Shown here: in pieces, positions 15,700-25,677 of the stretch
Layout of the letters: every line of letters starts with the position of its first letter
Position numbering within the stretch: position 1 is the stretch's first letter
Source of the DNA: a virus
Length of the DNA stretch: 35,291 nt
UHGV virus genome: UHGV-0392586
Direction: 5' to 3' (one strand)
Made by a program: the position numbers and the translations under genes
Notes under the pieces: generated by a model
What the model saw: the letters and a program-made list of their open reading frames with translations, nothing else
Database searches by the model: none
What the model was told of the DNA's origin: nothing

Positions 15700-18030
15700 A
15701 TGGGTTACGATGGCTCATTAAAATTTAACACAAAAATAAACGAATCCGGATTCAATTCAGGAATTTCCAAACTTGGCAGTGTTGCAAGTGGTGGATTGAA
15801 AGTGATTGCCGGATCAGTAGCTGGCGTTGCCGCAGCATTTGGGGCAGTGTCTAAAATGTCTCTTGATTCCGTTGCAAGCTTGGAACAGAACATAGGCGGT
15901 GTTGAGACGCTGTTTAGAGATAGCGCGCAGACAGTGATCGATAACGCGAACAATGCGTATAAGACAGCTGGTGTATCTGCAAATAAGTACATGGAAACAG
16001 TGACAAGCTTCTCGGCATCTCTTTTACAGGGACTTGGAAATAATACCGCAGAAGCCGCCAGAATCGCAGATATGGCGATGGTGGATATGTCTGATAATGC
16101 CAATAAATTTGGTTCAAATATGACAGATATCCAAAACGCTTATCAGGGATTTGCGAAACAGAACTACACCATGCTTGACAACTTAAAACTCGGATACGGC
16201 GGGACGCAAGCTGAAATGATTCGCTTGATTAACGACAGCGGCATTCTCAACGAAAAAATAGAGAATCTTGACAATGTGTCGTTCGACCAGATCATTCAGG
16301 CAATCCACAAGATTCAAGAAAATATGGGTATTGCCGGAACGACAAGCGCAGAAGCATTAACTACCATAGAGGGCTCTGTACAATCCGCAAAAGCAGCATT
16401 TGACAACTTTTTGAATGGTTCAAGTTCCCCACAGGAGTTGGCAGATGCTGTAAAGTCCGCAGCTGAAAATATAACAAATAATTTGATGCAGATCGTCCCA
16501 AGACTTGCAAAAGAACTCCCAGAAGTCGGAAACCTGTTGATGGAAAGTCTTTCGCAGTCACTTAACTCCGGAAAACTCGGAGAAATGATGCAGATAGGTG
16601 GACAAGTCATTTCCAACATAACAACGGGAATTATACAAGCATTGCCCGGAATTGTGACTGCATCAGCACAGATTATAAGTTCGTTTGCGGAAAATATTAG
16701 CACCAGCATACCGCAACTGTTGTCATCTGGAATTCAGATCATACAGGCAATAGTGAACGGAATGATGCAGATATTGCCGTCTGTTGGTTCGCTTGCAATC
16801 CAGCTTATTACAACTCTATATGAGCAGCTTACGTCACAAGGGCCAAGCTTGTTACAGCAAGGATATGAATTGTTGAGTAATCTGATTGATGGATTCGTAC
16901 AGGCGATTCCAGAAGCGTTGCCGAAAGTGCTTGATTTTATTCAAGGGATCGGTGAAAAACTTGCAGAAGCAGCTCCTGTAATGATTCAAAAAGGATTCGA
17001 GTTGCTACAGAAATTGGTAGAAGGAATTGTGAGTGCAATACCGATTTTGATTGAGCGAGTTCCAGAAATTATTTCGACATTTGCAAACATCATTAATGAT
17101 AATTTCCCAACAATCCTAATGAAGGGTGCTGAATTACTTGGACAGTTGGCACTCGGACTTATTCAGGCAATACCAACTCTGATTGCAAACATTCCGCAGA
17201 TTATAGCAGCTATTGTTGACGTGCTGATGGCGTTCCAGTGGTTAAACCTTGGCAAGAGTATAATTAAGTTCTTGGGTGATGGCATTACATCTATGGTCGG
17301 GTTTGTTAAAACAGCCGGTACTAATATATTAAACGGAATTAAAGGCTCTATTCAGAATCTACCTTCAACGCTTGCTAATATAGGAAAGTCTGCTATTCAC
17401 AATCTCGGGAGTACAATAAGCGGGATGGTGTCTTATGTGAAAACTGCCGCTCTAAAAATCGCGTCCGGAATTGAATCTGCAATTCTTACGCTGCCTGGTA
17501 AGATGGCATCAATCGGAAGCAATATTGTGCAGGGGTTGTGGAACGGAATATCCAACATGACTGGTTGGATTATTGACAAGATTGGAGGATTCGCAAGCAG
17601 TGTTGTTTCGTCCATCAAAGATTTCTTCGGCATACATTCCCCATCCAGAGTTATGCGAGACCAAGTCGGGAAATACCTTGCAATGGGCGTAGGTGTTGGA
17701 TACGAAAAGTATATGCCGTACAAAGAGATGAAAAAAGTATCCGGTAAGGTGGTGTCTCAGTTGTCTGCATCTGTGAGCGGTATAACGTTATCAGTGCCGG
17801 AAAGTGCTGGAAGTCAAACTTACCAGAAAAGCGTTGGAATCCGGAAGTCTGAAAATAACAACGAGCTACTCTATGCAGTAGACCGTCTATCCAGACTTGC
17901 CAACAGACCACTAGAGATTGTTAATAAAATTGACTCTGTAGAGACATCCAGAGTACTTGCAACACCAATGGAAAAACAAATAGAAAAGAATTCTAGTTTT
18001 CGGAAGATGTTAGGAGGGGATAGAAATTGA
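15700..18030 (+). CDS. tail tape measure protein
   Basis: 776-aa, Ala/Gly/Ile/Leu-rich repetitive helical protein after chaperones; RBS GGAGGG. Confidence 0.9.
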   Translation: MGYDGSLKFNTKINESGFNSGISKLGSVASGGLKVIAGSVAGVAAAFGAVSKMSLDSVASLEQNIGGVETLFRDSAQTVIDNANNAYKTAGVSANKYMETVTSFSASLLQGLGNNTAEAARIADMAMVDMSDNANKFGSNMTDIQNAYQGFAKQNYTMLDNLKLGYGGTQAEMIRLINDSGILNEKIENLDNVSFDQIIQAIHKIQENMGIAGTTSAEALTTIEGSVQSAKAAFDNFLNGSSSPQELADAVKSAAENITNNLMQIVPRLAKELPEVGNLLMESLSQSLNSGKLGEMMQIGGQVISNITTGIIQALPGIVTASAQIISSFAENISTSIPQLLSSGIQIIQAIVNGMMQILPSVGSLAIQLITTLYEQLTSQGPSLLQQGYELLSNLIDGFVQAIPEALPKVLDFIQGIGEKLAEAAPVMIQKGFELLQKLVEGIVSAIPILIERVPEIISTFANIINDNFPTILMKGAELLGQLALGLIQAIPTLIANIPQIIAAIVDVLMAFQWLNLGKSIIKFLGDGITSMVGFVKTAGTNILNGIKGSIQNLPSTLANIGKSAIHNLGSTISGMVSYVKTAALKIASGIESAILTLPGKMASIGSNIVQGLWNGISNMTGWIIDKIGGFASSVVSSIKDFFGIHSPSRVMRDQVGKYLAMGVGVGYEKYMPYKEMKKVSGKVVSQLSASVSGITLSVPESAGSQTYQKSVGIRKSENNNELLYAVDRLSRLANRPLEIVNKIDSVETSRVLATPMEKQIEKNSSFRKMLGGDRN

Positions 18031-19496
18031 GCCTATCAGTAAAATTTGACGATCAGGAACTCGGGCGATACTTAAGTGTATTGTCCGGGTTCTCTCCGTT
18101 TAGCGGAGTAAATAGAGAGTCGGAACTCCTTGACGGAGCAGAAAGTGCAAAAGGAGAGGATTTTGGCTATATAACATATAAATCAAAGACACTTGAAATG
18201 CCATTTGAAATTAAAGGCGATATCTTGGCAAGCTATGACGCGATTCAGAAAATCCTGAACGTCACAGAGCCGAAAAGGCTTGTGTTTGGGAATTATCCGG
18301 ATCGCTATTTTTATGCTGTCCCTGACGGTAATTTTGATATAACACAGGTTGCAATGTTTGGGAAAGGCACGATCACATGGCTCATTCCGGATGGGGTAGC
18401 GTACTCAACCGCAGAATTTACCTTTGACGGAGTACAGGAAGACGGCTACCAGACCATAACCATTAAAAACAACGGCACCGAATGGGCGGATGTGGACTAT
18501 GAGATCACGCACCAGCACGAAAACGGCTTTATCGGACTGGTTAGTCAGTATGGAGTGATCCAGCTCGGCAAGCAAGAAGAGACAGACGGAGAGAATTACG
18601 AAGCATCTGAAGAACTGTTTAACGGTTATAGCTTGTTTCAGGACGATCGCGGCACCTCTTATCAGAATCCAGAAAATACCACACAGGGAACACTCGAAGT
18701 CAAGAATGTTGCCGGATATAACGTCATGGCATTAAAAGGTGGACAGGCAACATCCGGATACTGGAACGGTGGAATGAAAACCCTTACTATCCCGGTGGAC
18801 AGCGAGGGCAGACGTGGAGCGAAGAACTTTTACTGTTACACCCAGCACTGGTTCGAGACTGGATTGATGGGACAGACGGGAGCACAGACTATTGCGTTTC
18901 TTACAAGGAAAAATGAAGTGATCTGCTCCATGTCTATTAACAAGAGTGATGCCACAGGTAATACGGCGCGTATCGAGTGGTTTGCCCCAGGGAACACCTT
19001 GCTCAGACGGGAAGAGTTCCAGCCGACAGCCTACGAGGGCAATCCGTTTAACCTAAAAATGGGATGCCACAACGACTTTTTAAAAGAGGGAGAAAAGCTG
19101 CGGATTTTCTGGTATGGAAGTTATATGGAGCGAAACATACCAGAGATTAAGGATATGGAATGCGAAAAAATCCAGATCTGGATCGGGCAGTGGGGAGACA
19201 GAAACCTCACGAACCAGTACGTCACGCACAATTATTTAAAAAGTATCTGGTTCCGTAAGGATAACGTGGAAAAATACCGAGATGTGCCGAACCGGTATCG
19301 TGCTGGAGATGTGGTGTCCATAAATGGAGAGAGTACAAAGGTCTATGTTAACGGGATGCCGGCAAAAAGAGATGAGATTGATGGATCTAATTATCCAAAA
19401 GTTCCGCCCGGAACAACGGAAGTACAGTTCTGCTACTCTTCTTTCTCTGCTCCGCCGCCACAGATTAAAGCAAAAATACGGGAGGTTTACTTGTAA
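18027..19496 (+). CDS. distal tail protein (Dit), likely with carbohydrate-binding insertion (TTG start)
   Basis: Follows TMP with overlapping stop/start; 489 aa larger than classical Dit. Confidence 0.75.
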   Translation: MSLSVKFDDQELGRYLSVLSGFSPFSGVNRESELLDGAESAKGEDFGYITYKSKTLEMPFEIKGDILASYDAIQKILNVTEPKRLVFGNYPDRYFYAVPDGNFDITQVAMFGKGTITWLIPDGVAYSTAEFTFDGVQEDGYQTITIKNNGTEWADVDYEITHQHENGFIGLVSQYGVIQLGKQEETDGENYEASEELFNGYSLFQDDRGTSYQNPENTTQGTLEVKNVAGYNVMALKGGQATSGYWNGGMKTLTIPVDSEGRRGAKNFYCYTQHWFETGLMGQTGAQTIAFLTRKNEVICSMSINKSDATGNTARIEWFAPGNTLLRREEFQPTAYEGNPFNLKMGCHNDFLKEGEKLRIFWYGSYMERNIPEIKDMECEKIQIWIGQWGDRNLTNQYVTHNYLKSIWFRKDNVEKYRDVPNRYRAGDVVSINGESTKVYVNGMPAKRDEIDGSNYPKVPPGTTEVQFCYSSFSAPPPQIKAKIREVYL

Positions 19497-21997
19497 TGGA
19501 CAGTATTAGAATTGCAATTTTAAGTGCAAATAACACGCCTATAGCATTTATGGATAATGCACACAAAAAGTCTATGCACTACTGGGATGATGATCTGCAT
19601 GAGTATTTGCAGGGAGCGGCGAATACCTATACTTTTACGGTAAATGCAAAGCATCCAGACGCAGAACATGTTACAGTCGGAAACAAGGTGGCATTTACTT
19701 ACAAGGGTAAATCTTACTACTTAAATATTGTAAATACCGATCAGACGGAGAAGACAATTACTGCTACGGCATGGTCTCTGTCGTTTGAGCTTATTAACGA
19801 GGATGCTGGCGAATACAAAGCTGGAAAAGCCATGAGCTTTGAAGAGTACCTTGCCGTGTTTGACGCTGAGAGAACGCTTAAATTGGGACTCAATGAGGTG
19901 TCGGACAAACGGATTACCAACGAATGGACTGGCACAACGACCGTGTTAAAGAGATTATTTTCTCTGGCCAATGTTTTTTCTGCGGAGATCGAATTTGAGA
20001 CAGTACTGAACAGAGACTACTCTTTAAAAGAGATTGTCCTAAATGTATATCGGAAACACTCCGATACAGACAGCGGAGTCGGAGAATACCGGAATGACAT
20101 TGTACTGCGGTACGGGAAAGGAATTACCGGAATTCGAAAAACCACAGATGCCGAGAAGCTTTACACCTGCATCCAGCCGACCGGAAAGGACGGTCTGACA
20201 ATCAATGGTCTTGACAAGAAAGAATACGATGAAAACGGCAATATCGAGTACTTTACAGACGGTGCGATCATCCGCGCACCACAGGCAAGGGACCGGTTCC
20301 CATCCAACATCGTAAATAAGGCTGATGCTTATATCCTGATGCGTAAAGAGTACGATACAGACAGCAAGGACAAGCTCTATAGCATGGCATTATCTGACCT
20401 CAAGACCGCATCCGAGCCAGTAGTAACCTACGAGGTGGACGGATATTTTGACACCAACATCGGGGATACGGTAAGGATGCAGGATCAGGAGTGGACACCA
20501 GTCCTTTATCTACAGGCAAGAGTATCAGAACAGATCAGGAGTCTTACCAATCCAAAAACTGCAAAGACGGTATTTACAAACTACAAAGAGCTTACATCCG
20601 AAATATCCGACGATCTCATCAAAAGGATGCAGGACTTGATTTCAAAAAATAAAGTCTACACCTGTTCCATCTCTACAAACAACGGCATTATCTTTAAAAA
20701 CGGCATCGGCAGCACTACACTGACTGCCTACGCTTACAACAACGGTGTGGATGTGTCTGGAAATCTGGAAATCCGGTGGAGTAAAGATGGGACAGAGTTT
20801 TATGTAGGTAGGAGCGTGACAGTAAATGCAGAGGATGTGGATACCAAGGCGGTGTACTCTTTCGTGGCAACTGAAAATGGAATCCGGCGTGGATATTATG
20901 AGGTAACAATCACCAAGGTGGACGATGGAGCACCGGGAGATCCTGGAAAAAACGGGGATGACGGAAAGGACGGTGTAGGAATCGAGAGTGTGACCAAGTA
21001 TTATCTGGCATCCGAAAAAAGCACGGGAATCACGGTATCCTCTCCGGGATGGACGGACACGAAGCAAGACATGACCGAAACCAAGAAAAACCTATGGAGC
21101 TACGACCTTATCCGGTACACCAATAGCACGGAAACCAAGACCACACCTGTGATTATCGGTGTACGTGGAGACAACGGAGAGACAGGGGATAGTGGAATTA
21201 TCATATCTCCCACACCCCCGGAAAATCCAAAAGTTGGACAGCTCTGGCAGACAGCAAGTGGAGAGCCGATTAAAAGATGGGATGGAAGTAAATGGGCGAT
21301 CTATTACATTTCTGTAGAAAATCTGAATGTAGAGACGCTAAGTGCGATTGCCGCAAACCTCGGAACTGTAACCGCTGGACTTATAAAGAGTCTGGACGGA
21401 CACTTTTTTATCCAAGTAAATACCGGAGAGATCTACTCCGAAGATGAAAACGGGATAAACAGCTCTGCGATAAGCAAGGGCGTATTTGTAGCGAATGGGA
21501 TGGACAGCGGCAGACACACAAGCTTGTCTATATTCCCAACGCAGATTGCGCAGTATTTTGACGGAGCCACCATTTCAAACCTTGTTAATTTTAAACGGGA
21601 CGGTATATTTGTTAAAAACTCCGGATCATACGAAATGAACATATCTAAAGCAACAAATTATGACTCCGGAAAGATAAAAGGACCATTCGCCAGCACAAAC
21701 CCATCCAACTATATACAGGCGGAGCTAAAAAGGAGAGGGTGCGTGGTTACATGTAAAATCACGGCACTTATACAATTTCCAAACACAGGATCGCACGGAC
21801 CGTTCGACGAATTAAAGATCCCTGTAGGATATCGACCAGTCGTAGACATAGTAGAGACGTACAGCGAATTGGTTGGTACGTCAATTATCGGGACTGGCAG
21901 GTATTACATTACAAAAGACGGAGGAATATCCATTGTAACTGGCAAGACAGACTACTGTGAGCGCATAAAGACATTTACATGGATTACGGATGACTAA
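19496..21997 (+). CDS. tail-associated lysin / Tal (prophage tail endopeptidase N-terminal domain) with collagen-like GXY repeat and C-terminal receptor-binding region
   Basis: N-terminal region typical of siphovirus Tal; GAPGDPGKNGDDGKDGVG collagen-like repeat at ~20920-20980; TAATG overlap with Dit. Confidence 0.8.
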   Translation: MDSIRIAILSANNTPIAFMDNAHKKSMHYWDDDLHEYLQGAANTYTFTVNAKHPDAEHVTVGNKVAFTYKGKSYYLNIVNTDQTEKTITATAWSLSFELINEDAGEYKAGKAMSFEEYLAVFDAERTLKLGLNEVSDKRITNEWTGTTTVLKRLFSLANVFSAEIEFETVLNRDYSLKEIVLNVYRKHSDTDSGVGEYRNDIVLRYGKGITGIRKTTDAEKLYTCIQPTGKDGLTINGLDKKEYDENGNIEYFTDGAIIRAPQARDRFPSNIVNKADAYILMRKEYDTDSKDKLYSMALSDLKTASEPVVTYEVDGYFDTNIGDTVRMQDQEWTPVLYLQARVSEQIRSLTNPKTAKTVFTNYKELTSEISDDLIKRMQDLISKNKVYTCSISTNNGIIFKNGIGSTTLTAYAYNNGVDVSGNLEIRWSKDGTEFYVGRSVTVNAEDVDTKAVYSFVATENGIRRGYYEVTITKVDDGAPGDPGKNGDDGKDGVGIESVTKYYLASEKSTGITVSSPGWTDTKQDMTETKKNLWSYDLIRYTNSTETKTTPVIIGVRGDNGETGDSGIIISPTPPENPKVGQLWQTASGEPIKRWDGSKWAIYYISVENLNVETLSAIAANLGTVTAGLIKSLDGHFFIQVNTGEIYSEDENGINSSAISKGVFVANGMDSGRHTSLSIFPTQIAQYFDGATISNLVNFKRDGIFVKNSGSYEMNISKATNYDSGKIKGPFASTNPSNYIQAELKRRGCVVTCKITALIQFPNTGSHGPFDELKIPVGYRPVVDIVETYSELVGTSIIGTGRYYITKDGGISIVTGKTDYCERIKTFTWITDD

Positions 21998-22021
21998 AGG
22001 AGCGGATATGGAGATCAGAGC

Positions 22022-22046
22022 AAGACCGTGTTGGTCTTATTTTTAT
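22022..22046 (+). terminator. rho-independent terminator AAGACC-gtgtt-GGTCTT + ATTTTTATACTTT after tail genes
   Basis: Perfect 6-bp stem plus T-run. Confidence 0.6.
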
Positions 22047-22075
22047 ACTTTAAAAACAGAAAGGAAAGTGAGGAT

Positions 22076-22528
22076 ATGAAGAAAATGGAGCAGTTGGCAA
22101 ATGTAAAAGCGTTTTTATGCATGGTGTTTGGAGCTATTGCAGGAGGTTTCGTAAACCTGATCGGAGGATGGTCCGAGGATTTGACTACATTACTCATTTT
22201 TATGGGAGTGGATTTCGTACTCGGATTGCTGATCGCAGCCTTTTGGAAAAAGAGCAACAAATCGGAGAACGGTGCGCTAAGCAGCTACTCTGCATGGAAA
22301 GGTCTGTGCAGAAAAGGGGTATCTCTACTTATCGTACTTATTGCATATCGGCTGGATGTCACTCTCGGCGTAGACTACATCCGTACAGCCGTGGTACTGG
22401 CATTTATAGCAAATGAGGGTATCTCGATTTTGGAAAATGTTGGAATTATGGGCGTGAAATATCCGGAAGCGTTAAAAAAAGCACTGGATGTTTTAACAAA
22501 TAAATCACAGGAGCAGGAGGGCGAGTAA
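22076..22528 (+). CDS. holin (LL-H / phage_holin_4_1 family)
   Basis: IANEGISILENVGIMGVKYPEALKKAL signature, TM segments, RBS AAAGTGAGG; directly upstream of amidase. Confidence 0.85.
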   Translation: MKKMEQLANVKAFLCMVFGAIAGGFVNLIGGWSEDLTTLLIFMGVDFVLGLLIAAFWKKSNKSENGALSSYSAWKGLCRKGVSLLIVLIAYRLDVTLGVDYIRTAVVLAFIANEGISILENVGIMGVKYPEALKKALDVLTNKSQEQEGE

Positions 22529-22571
22529 TCGTCCTCTTTTATTGTGCGACATCGCACAAGGAGGTGAGAAC

Positions 22572-22661
22572 ATGAGCGAACAGAACGAATTTGGCAGAGT
22601 ATCCGCAGAGGAACTGGAAAAAGCATTTGAAACAGAAGAGCAGGAGGAAGAGAAAGAATGA
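22572..22661 (+). CDS. small acidic peptide (29 aa; MSEQNEFGRVSAEELEKAFETEEQEEEKE) between holin and endolysin
   Basis: RBS GGAGGTGAGAAC; stop overlaps amidase ATG (ATGA); preceded by hairpin TGTGCGA..TCGCACA. Confidence 0.45.
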   Translation: MSEQNEFGRVSAEELEKAFETEEQEEEKE

Positions 22662-23461
22662 AAATTGGCTTAAGGGGAGGGCATTCCCCAAATTGTAAAG
22701 GTGCAATCGGTCTGATCGATGAGCAGGCAGAAGTACGGAAGATCTACAATGAGCTTGTACCAATGCTACAGGCAGTCGGTCATACTGTGGTTGATTGTAA
22801 TTCCAATGCATCCAATGTGTCCAGCGAGTTATCTGACGGAACAAATAAGGCGAATAGTGCGGGGTGCGATATCTATGTCACCTTGCACATGAATGCGGCA
22901 GGAGCGGCGTCAGCGGGTGGCACAGAGGTGTGGTTATACGATGCATCTAACCAGACCATGAATACGATCGCAAGTAACATCTGCAAGAATTTTGAAGAAA
23001 AAGGATTTGTTAACCGCGGTGTTAAATATAGTTCCGGCTATCATGACCTGAATGCATCTAATATGCCCGGTATGATCGTGGAGACATTATTTTGTACCGG
23101 AACAGACGATGTGGCCAGATACCGGAGCTTAGGAGCAAGAGGAGTTGCAGAACTGATCGCAAAGGCGATCGACAGCAAAGCATCAACAGGAAGTGGACAT
23201 GGAAACAAACAGAATACAGAAGATCAGAAAGGAGAAGAGACTATGCAGTGTATGTTTACAGTAGAGGGAAAAGGATGTGTATATTGGTATCATGACGATA
23301 AGATTACGGCTTTGGGACATCCGGACGAGATGAAGATCCTGATGGATATTTACAAAGCGAACAATGGAAGAGATATGCCGTCTTATCATTGGACAAAAAA
23401 AGCGCCGTGGCACGCAAGATTGCTTGCGGTTCTGAACAGAAAACCATCTACATCTATCTAA
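22658..23461 (+). CDS. N-acetylmuramoyl-L-alanine amidase (Amidase_3 family endolysin) with C-terminal extra domain
   Basis: MKIGLRGGHSPN...DIYVTLHMNAAG...GTEVW...MPGMIVETLFCTGTDD typical Amidase_3 catalytic residues. Confidence 0.85.
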   Translation: MKIGLRGGHSPNCKGAIGLIDEQAEVRKIYNELVPMLQAVGHTVVDCNSNASNVSSELSDGTNKANSAGCDIYVTLHMNAAGAASAGGTEVWLYDASNQTMNTIASNICKNFEEKGFVNRGVKYSSGYHDLNASNMPGMIVETLFCTGTDDVARYRSLGARGVAELIAKAIDSKASTGSGHGNKQNTEDQKGEETMQCMFTVEGKGCVYWYHDDKITALGHPDEMKILMDIYKANNGRDMPSYHWTKKAPWHARLLAVLNRKPSTSI

Positions 23462-23467
23462 TAAAAT

Positions 23468-23494
23468 CCCCTCGGAGAGCTGATCTCTGAGGGG
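23468..23494. terminator. GC-rich hairpin CCCCTCGGAG-agctgat-CTCTGAGGGG between convergent amidase (+) and integrase (-); U-run on minus-strand side (ATTTTATT)
   Basis: 10-bp stem with one G.T; serves as terminator for the minus-strand int transcript and possibly the lysis operon. Confidence 0.55.
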
Positions 23495-23559
23495 TGAATA
23501 TTGTACCATTTTTACTTCTTTATAATAGGTAGAAAAATAATTGTACGCTCTTGAGAAAA

Positions 23560-23600
23560 GGTTGACCTTTTTGCAACAACCGACAAAAGTCCAACAAACC
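23560..23600. other. candidate attP core for the serine integrase: GGTTGACCTTTTTGCAACAACCGACAAAAGTCCAACAAACC, imperfect dyad
   Basis: Imperfect inverted repeats (GGTTG...CAACC; GACCTTTTTG...CAAAAGTC) immediately downstream of int stop, typical location for serine-integrase attP. Confidence 0.35.
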
Positions 23601-23616
23601 CAGCAAAATCAAGGGT

Positions 23617-25092
23617 TTACGGCATGTGGTAGTAGTATACTTTAAGTTCGTCTTCTTCTCGATCATAGACAATTTTCTCCACAACGCTTCTAAGCACCTC
23701 ATTCTTGGTCGTCGCATCTACGGAATCGGATGAGAGAATATCGTACACATTTTTTACTCTCATCAACATATCATTGTCCTCATTTTTGGTGCTTATTTTC
23801 TCTTCTTTAAGCTCAGACAGTTGTTTTTCTAGACCGTCTTTCTCTCCCTGCACAATCCGTTTATTTTCCTTGTATTCTTCCATAGTATCAATTCCATTCA
23901 TGTATGCCTCTTTGATTCTCTGCAATTTCACATCGATTTTCTTGATCTGATCTTCCAGTATGGTTTTCAAATCCGCAGTATCTTCCGTTTTAACCTCAAT
24001 CTTCCGGTAGGTTATTTTTCCGGTATCCAATACAGACTTAATGGATTCCAATACCGCAGGTTCCAGCTTTAGAGAGCTTATGGAGTTCTTCGCTGCACAT
24101 TTTCCCTTGGAGTATCCGTAACAGCGAAAATAGCAGTATGTCTGCTTATTGTTTTCAATCTTGCAGGCAGTCATCGTCCTTCCACACGCTGGGCATTTAA
24201 CGATCCCAGATAGCCAGTGCTTGTACGTGCTTGCCGGTCTCGCTCCACGTGGGCGGTATTCTCTCTTGTATCGCTCCTGTGCCTTATCAAACAATTCCTT
24301 ACTAATGATTGCAGGTTGTTCTCCCTCAGCGATAATCCACTCGCTTTCTGGCCGGATCTCTTTCGATTCATTAATCGTCCGATTCCACCGCACCATCCCG
24401 CAGTAAGTGGGGTTCTGTAGGATATATTCTATAGACCTTCGTTCAAATTCTTTTCCATGTGATGTTTTAAAGTTATGGCTATTCAAGAGCCGTGCGATCT
24501 CAAACAATCCCATGCCGTCATGCACATACTTTTCAAAAATCAGCTTCACGATTTCAGCCTCTTCCGGTACGATCACTGGCGGTTCTTTATGTGATACAAT
24601 CTTGTACCCAAGTGGTGGGCGTGCTTGGTATCCACCTCGTTCCGCTTTTTCTCTCATTCCTCTTGTTACTTCTCCGGATAGACGGACAGAGTAATATTCA
24701 TCCATCCACTCAATAATTCGTTCGATCAGAGAGCCGAATGGACCATCTACCAGTGGTTCAGAGATGCTTATTACGTCCACGTTATGCTTTTTCTTGAGCA
24801 AGGACTTGTATACAATACTTTCCTCTTGGTTTCGTGCAAATCGGCTGAATTTCCATACCAGTATGGCATCTGCCGGATGATCGGATGATTTCGCAAGACC
24901 GATCATTTTTTGAAACTCTGGGCGTTTGTCTGCTTTTCTTCCGGATATTCCGAGTTCAAAAAAGATTTTCGATACTACATATCCGTGACTTTTCGCGTAA
25001 TCTTTCAATAGCTTCGCTTGAGAATCCGGGGATAATTCATCCTGTTTTCCTGTGGATACACGTACATATCCAAAGGCATATTTTGTTTCCAT
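23617..25092 (-). CDS. int: large serine recombinase (phage serine integrase)
   Basis: N-terminal resolvase catalytic motif YVRVSTGKQ, recombinase domain, zinc-ribbon CPACG...C..C, C-terminal coiled coil; 491 aa. Confidence 0.9.
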   Translation of the reverse strand: METKYAFGYVRVSTGKQDELSPDSQAKLLKDYAKSHGYVVSKIFFELGISGRKADKRPEFQKMIGLAKSSDHPADAILVWKFSRFARNQEESIVYKSLLKKKHNVDVISISEPLVDGPFGSLIERIIEWMDEYYSVRLSGEVTRGMREKAERGGYQARPPLGYKIVSHKEPPVIVPEEAEIVKLIFEKYVHDGMGLFEIARLLNSHNFKTSHGKEFERRSIEYILQNPTYCGMVRWNRTINESKEIRPESEWIIAEGEQPAIISKELFDKAQERYKREYRPRGARPASTYKHWLSGIVKCPACGRTMTACKIENNKQTYCYFRCYGYSKGKCAAKNSISSLKLEPAVLESIKSVLDTGKITYRKIEVKTEDTADLKTILEDQIKKIDVKLQRIKEAYMNGIDTMEEYKENKRIVQGEKDGLEKQLSELKEEKISTKNEDNDMLMRVKNVYDILSSDSVDATTKNEVLRSVVEKIVYDREEDELKVYYYHMP

Positions 25093-25167
25093 GCTATCAT
25101 CTCCTTATTTAATTTTATGCAAAAATGAGTATAAAAATAACAGCCAACGTGCGAACTGATGTTCCAC

Positions 25168-25196
25168 TTGCATGACTGCTCCGAAGATGATACAAT
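25168..25196 (+). promoter_or_regulatory. strong sigma70-type promoter TTGCAT-17-TACAAT on + strand, antisense to lysogeny operon
   Basis: Near-consensus hexamers with 17-bp spacer. Confidence 0.55.
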
Positions 25197-25202
25197 ATTC
25201 TT

Positions 25203-25274
25203 GGATTTCAATCGCATATCTTCGGATATGTATTGCCGTCCCGGTGTTGGTAGCACTGGGGCGGTTTTTATTTT
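25203..25274 (+). ncRNA. candidate ~70-nt cis-antisense sRNA: UUCG-tetraloop hairpin (CATATC-ttcg-GATATG) + terminator CCGTCCCGGTG-N7-CACTGGGGCGG + TTTTTATTTT
   Basis: Promoter, two hairpins and T-run all on + strand in the bPH-int intergenic space; no + strand ORF. Confidence 0.45.
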
Positions 25275-25647
25275 ATAAAACGTGTGACGCTATAAGTCTG
25301 TTTATAGATTGCACATCTGAGTTCGAGGTGAAATCAAATTTCACTGTTCCTAATCCACTAAAACAAACAGTGAGTTCAGAGTCCATATCGAAAGTACCAG
25401 AAGTTTCAACCGAAAACGCTTGCATTTTTGAATATGGCAACGATGTATAATCTTTTTTAGATCCTGTAATACCTTGCACGTTGCATGCAATAATTCTTTT
25501 GTTTGTAAAAACAACGAAGTCTCTCATCGAAGAGTAATACCCGGCCACTTCTTCATCAGTTATAAGCAAGCTGAAAACTTCTCTCGGAATGTTCTTTTCT
25601 TTTCCTTTGCTTAATTTGAATACTTTTTTGTTCTGAAAATCAATCAA
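25273..25647 (-). CDS. bacterial PH-domain (bPH/YokE-like) protein
   Basis: 124 aa; VVFTNKRIIAC...SLPYSKM pattern of bPH domains; in lysogeny-module moron position. Confidence 0.55.
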   Translation of the reverse strand: MIDFQNKKVFKLSKGKEKNIPREVFSLLITDEEVAGYYSSMRDFVVFTNKRIIACNVQGITGSKKDYTSLPYSKMQAFSVETSGTFDMDSELTVCFSGLGTVKFDFTSNSDVQSINRLIASHVL

Positions 25648-25677
25648 TGTATGTTCCTTCTTTCTTAATTCAATGCT

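Noticed and set aside
20925-20990. Repetitive GGn-rich stretch in Tal gene
   Set aside because: Encodes a collagen-like Gly-X-Y segment (GAPGDPGKNGDDGKDGVG) common in phage tail fibres; coding, not a regulatory repeat
22009-22080. 23-aa ORF (MEIRARPCWSYFYTLKTERKVRI) after Tal with an AAGGAG-like RBS
   Set aside because: It contains the rho-independent terminator hairpin and T-run; more parsimonious as 3' UTR/terminator
23617-25092. Interpreting the integrase position (after the lysis genes) as the start of a second, separate mobile element
   Set aside because: The window closes on itself through the PAPS-reductase gene, so int-attP lying between lysis and lysogeny/early modules is simply the circular map of one phage
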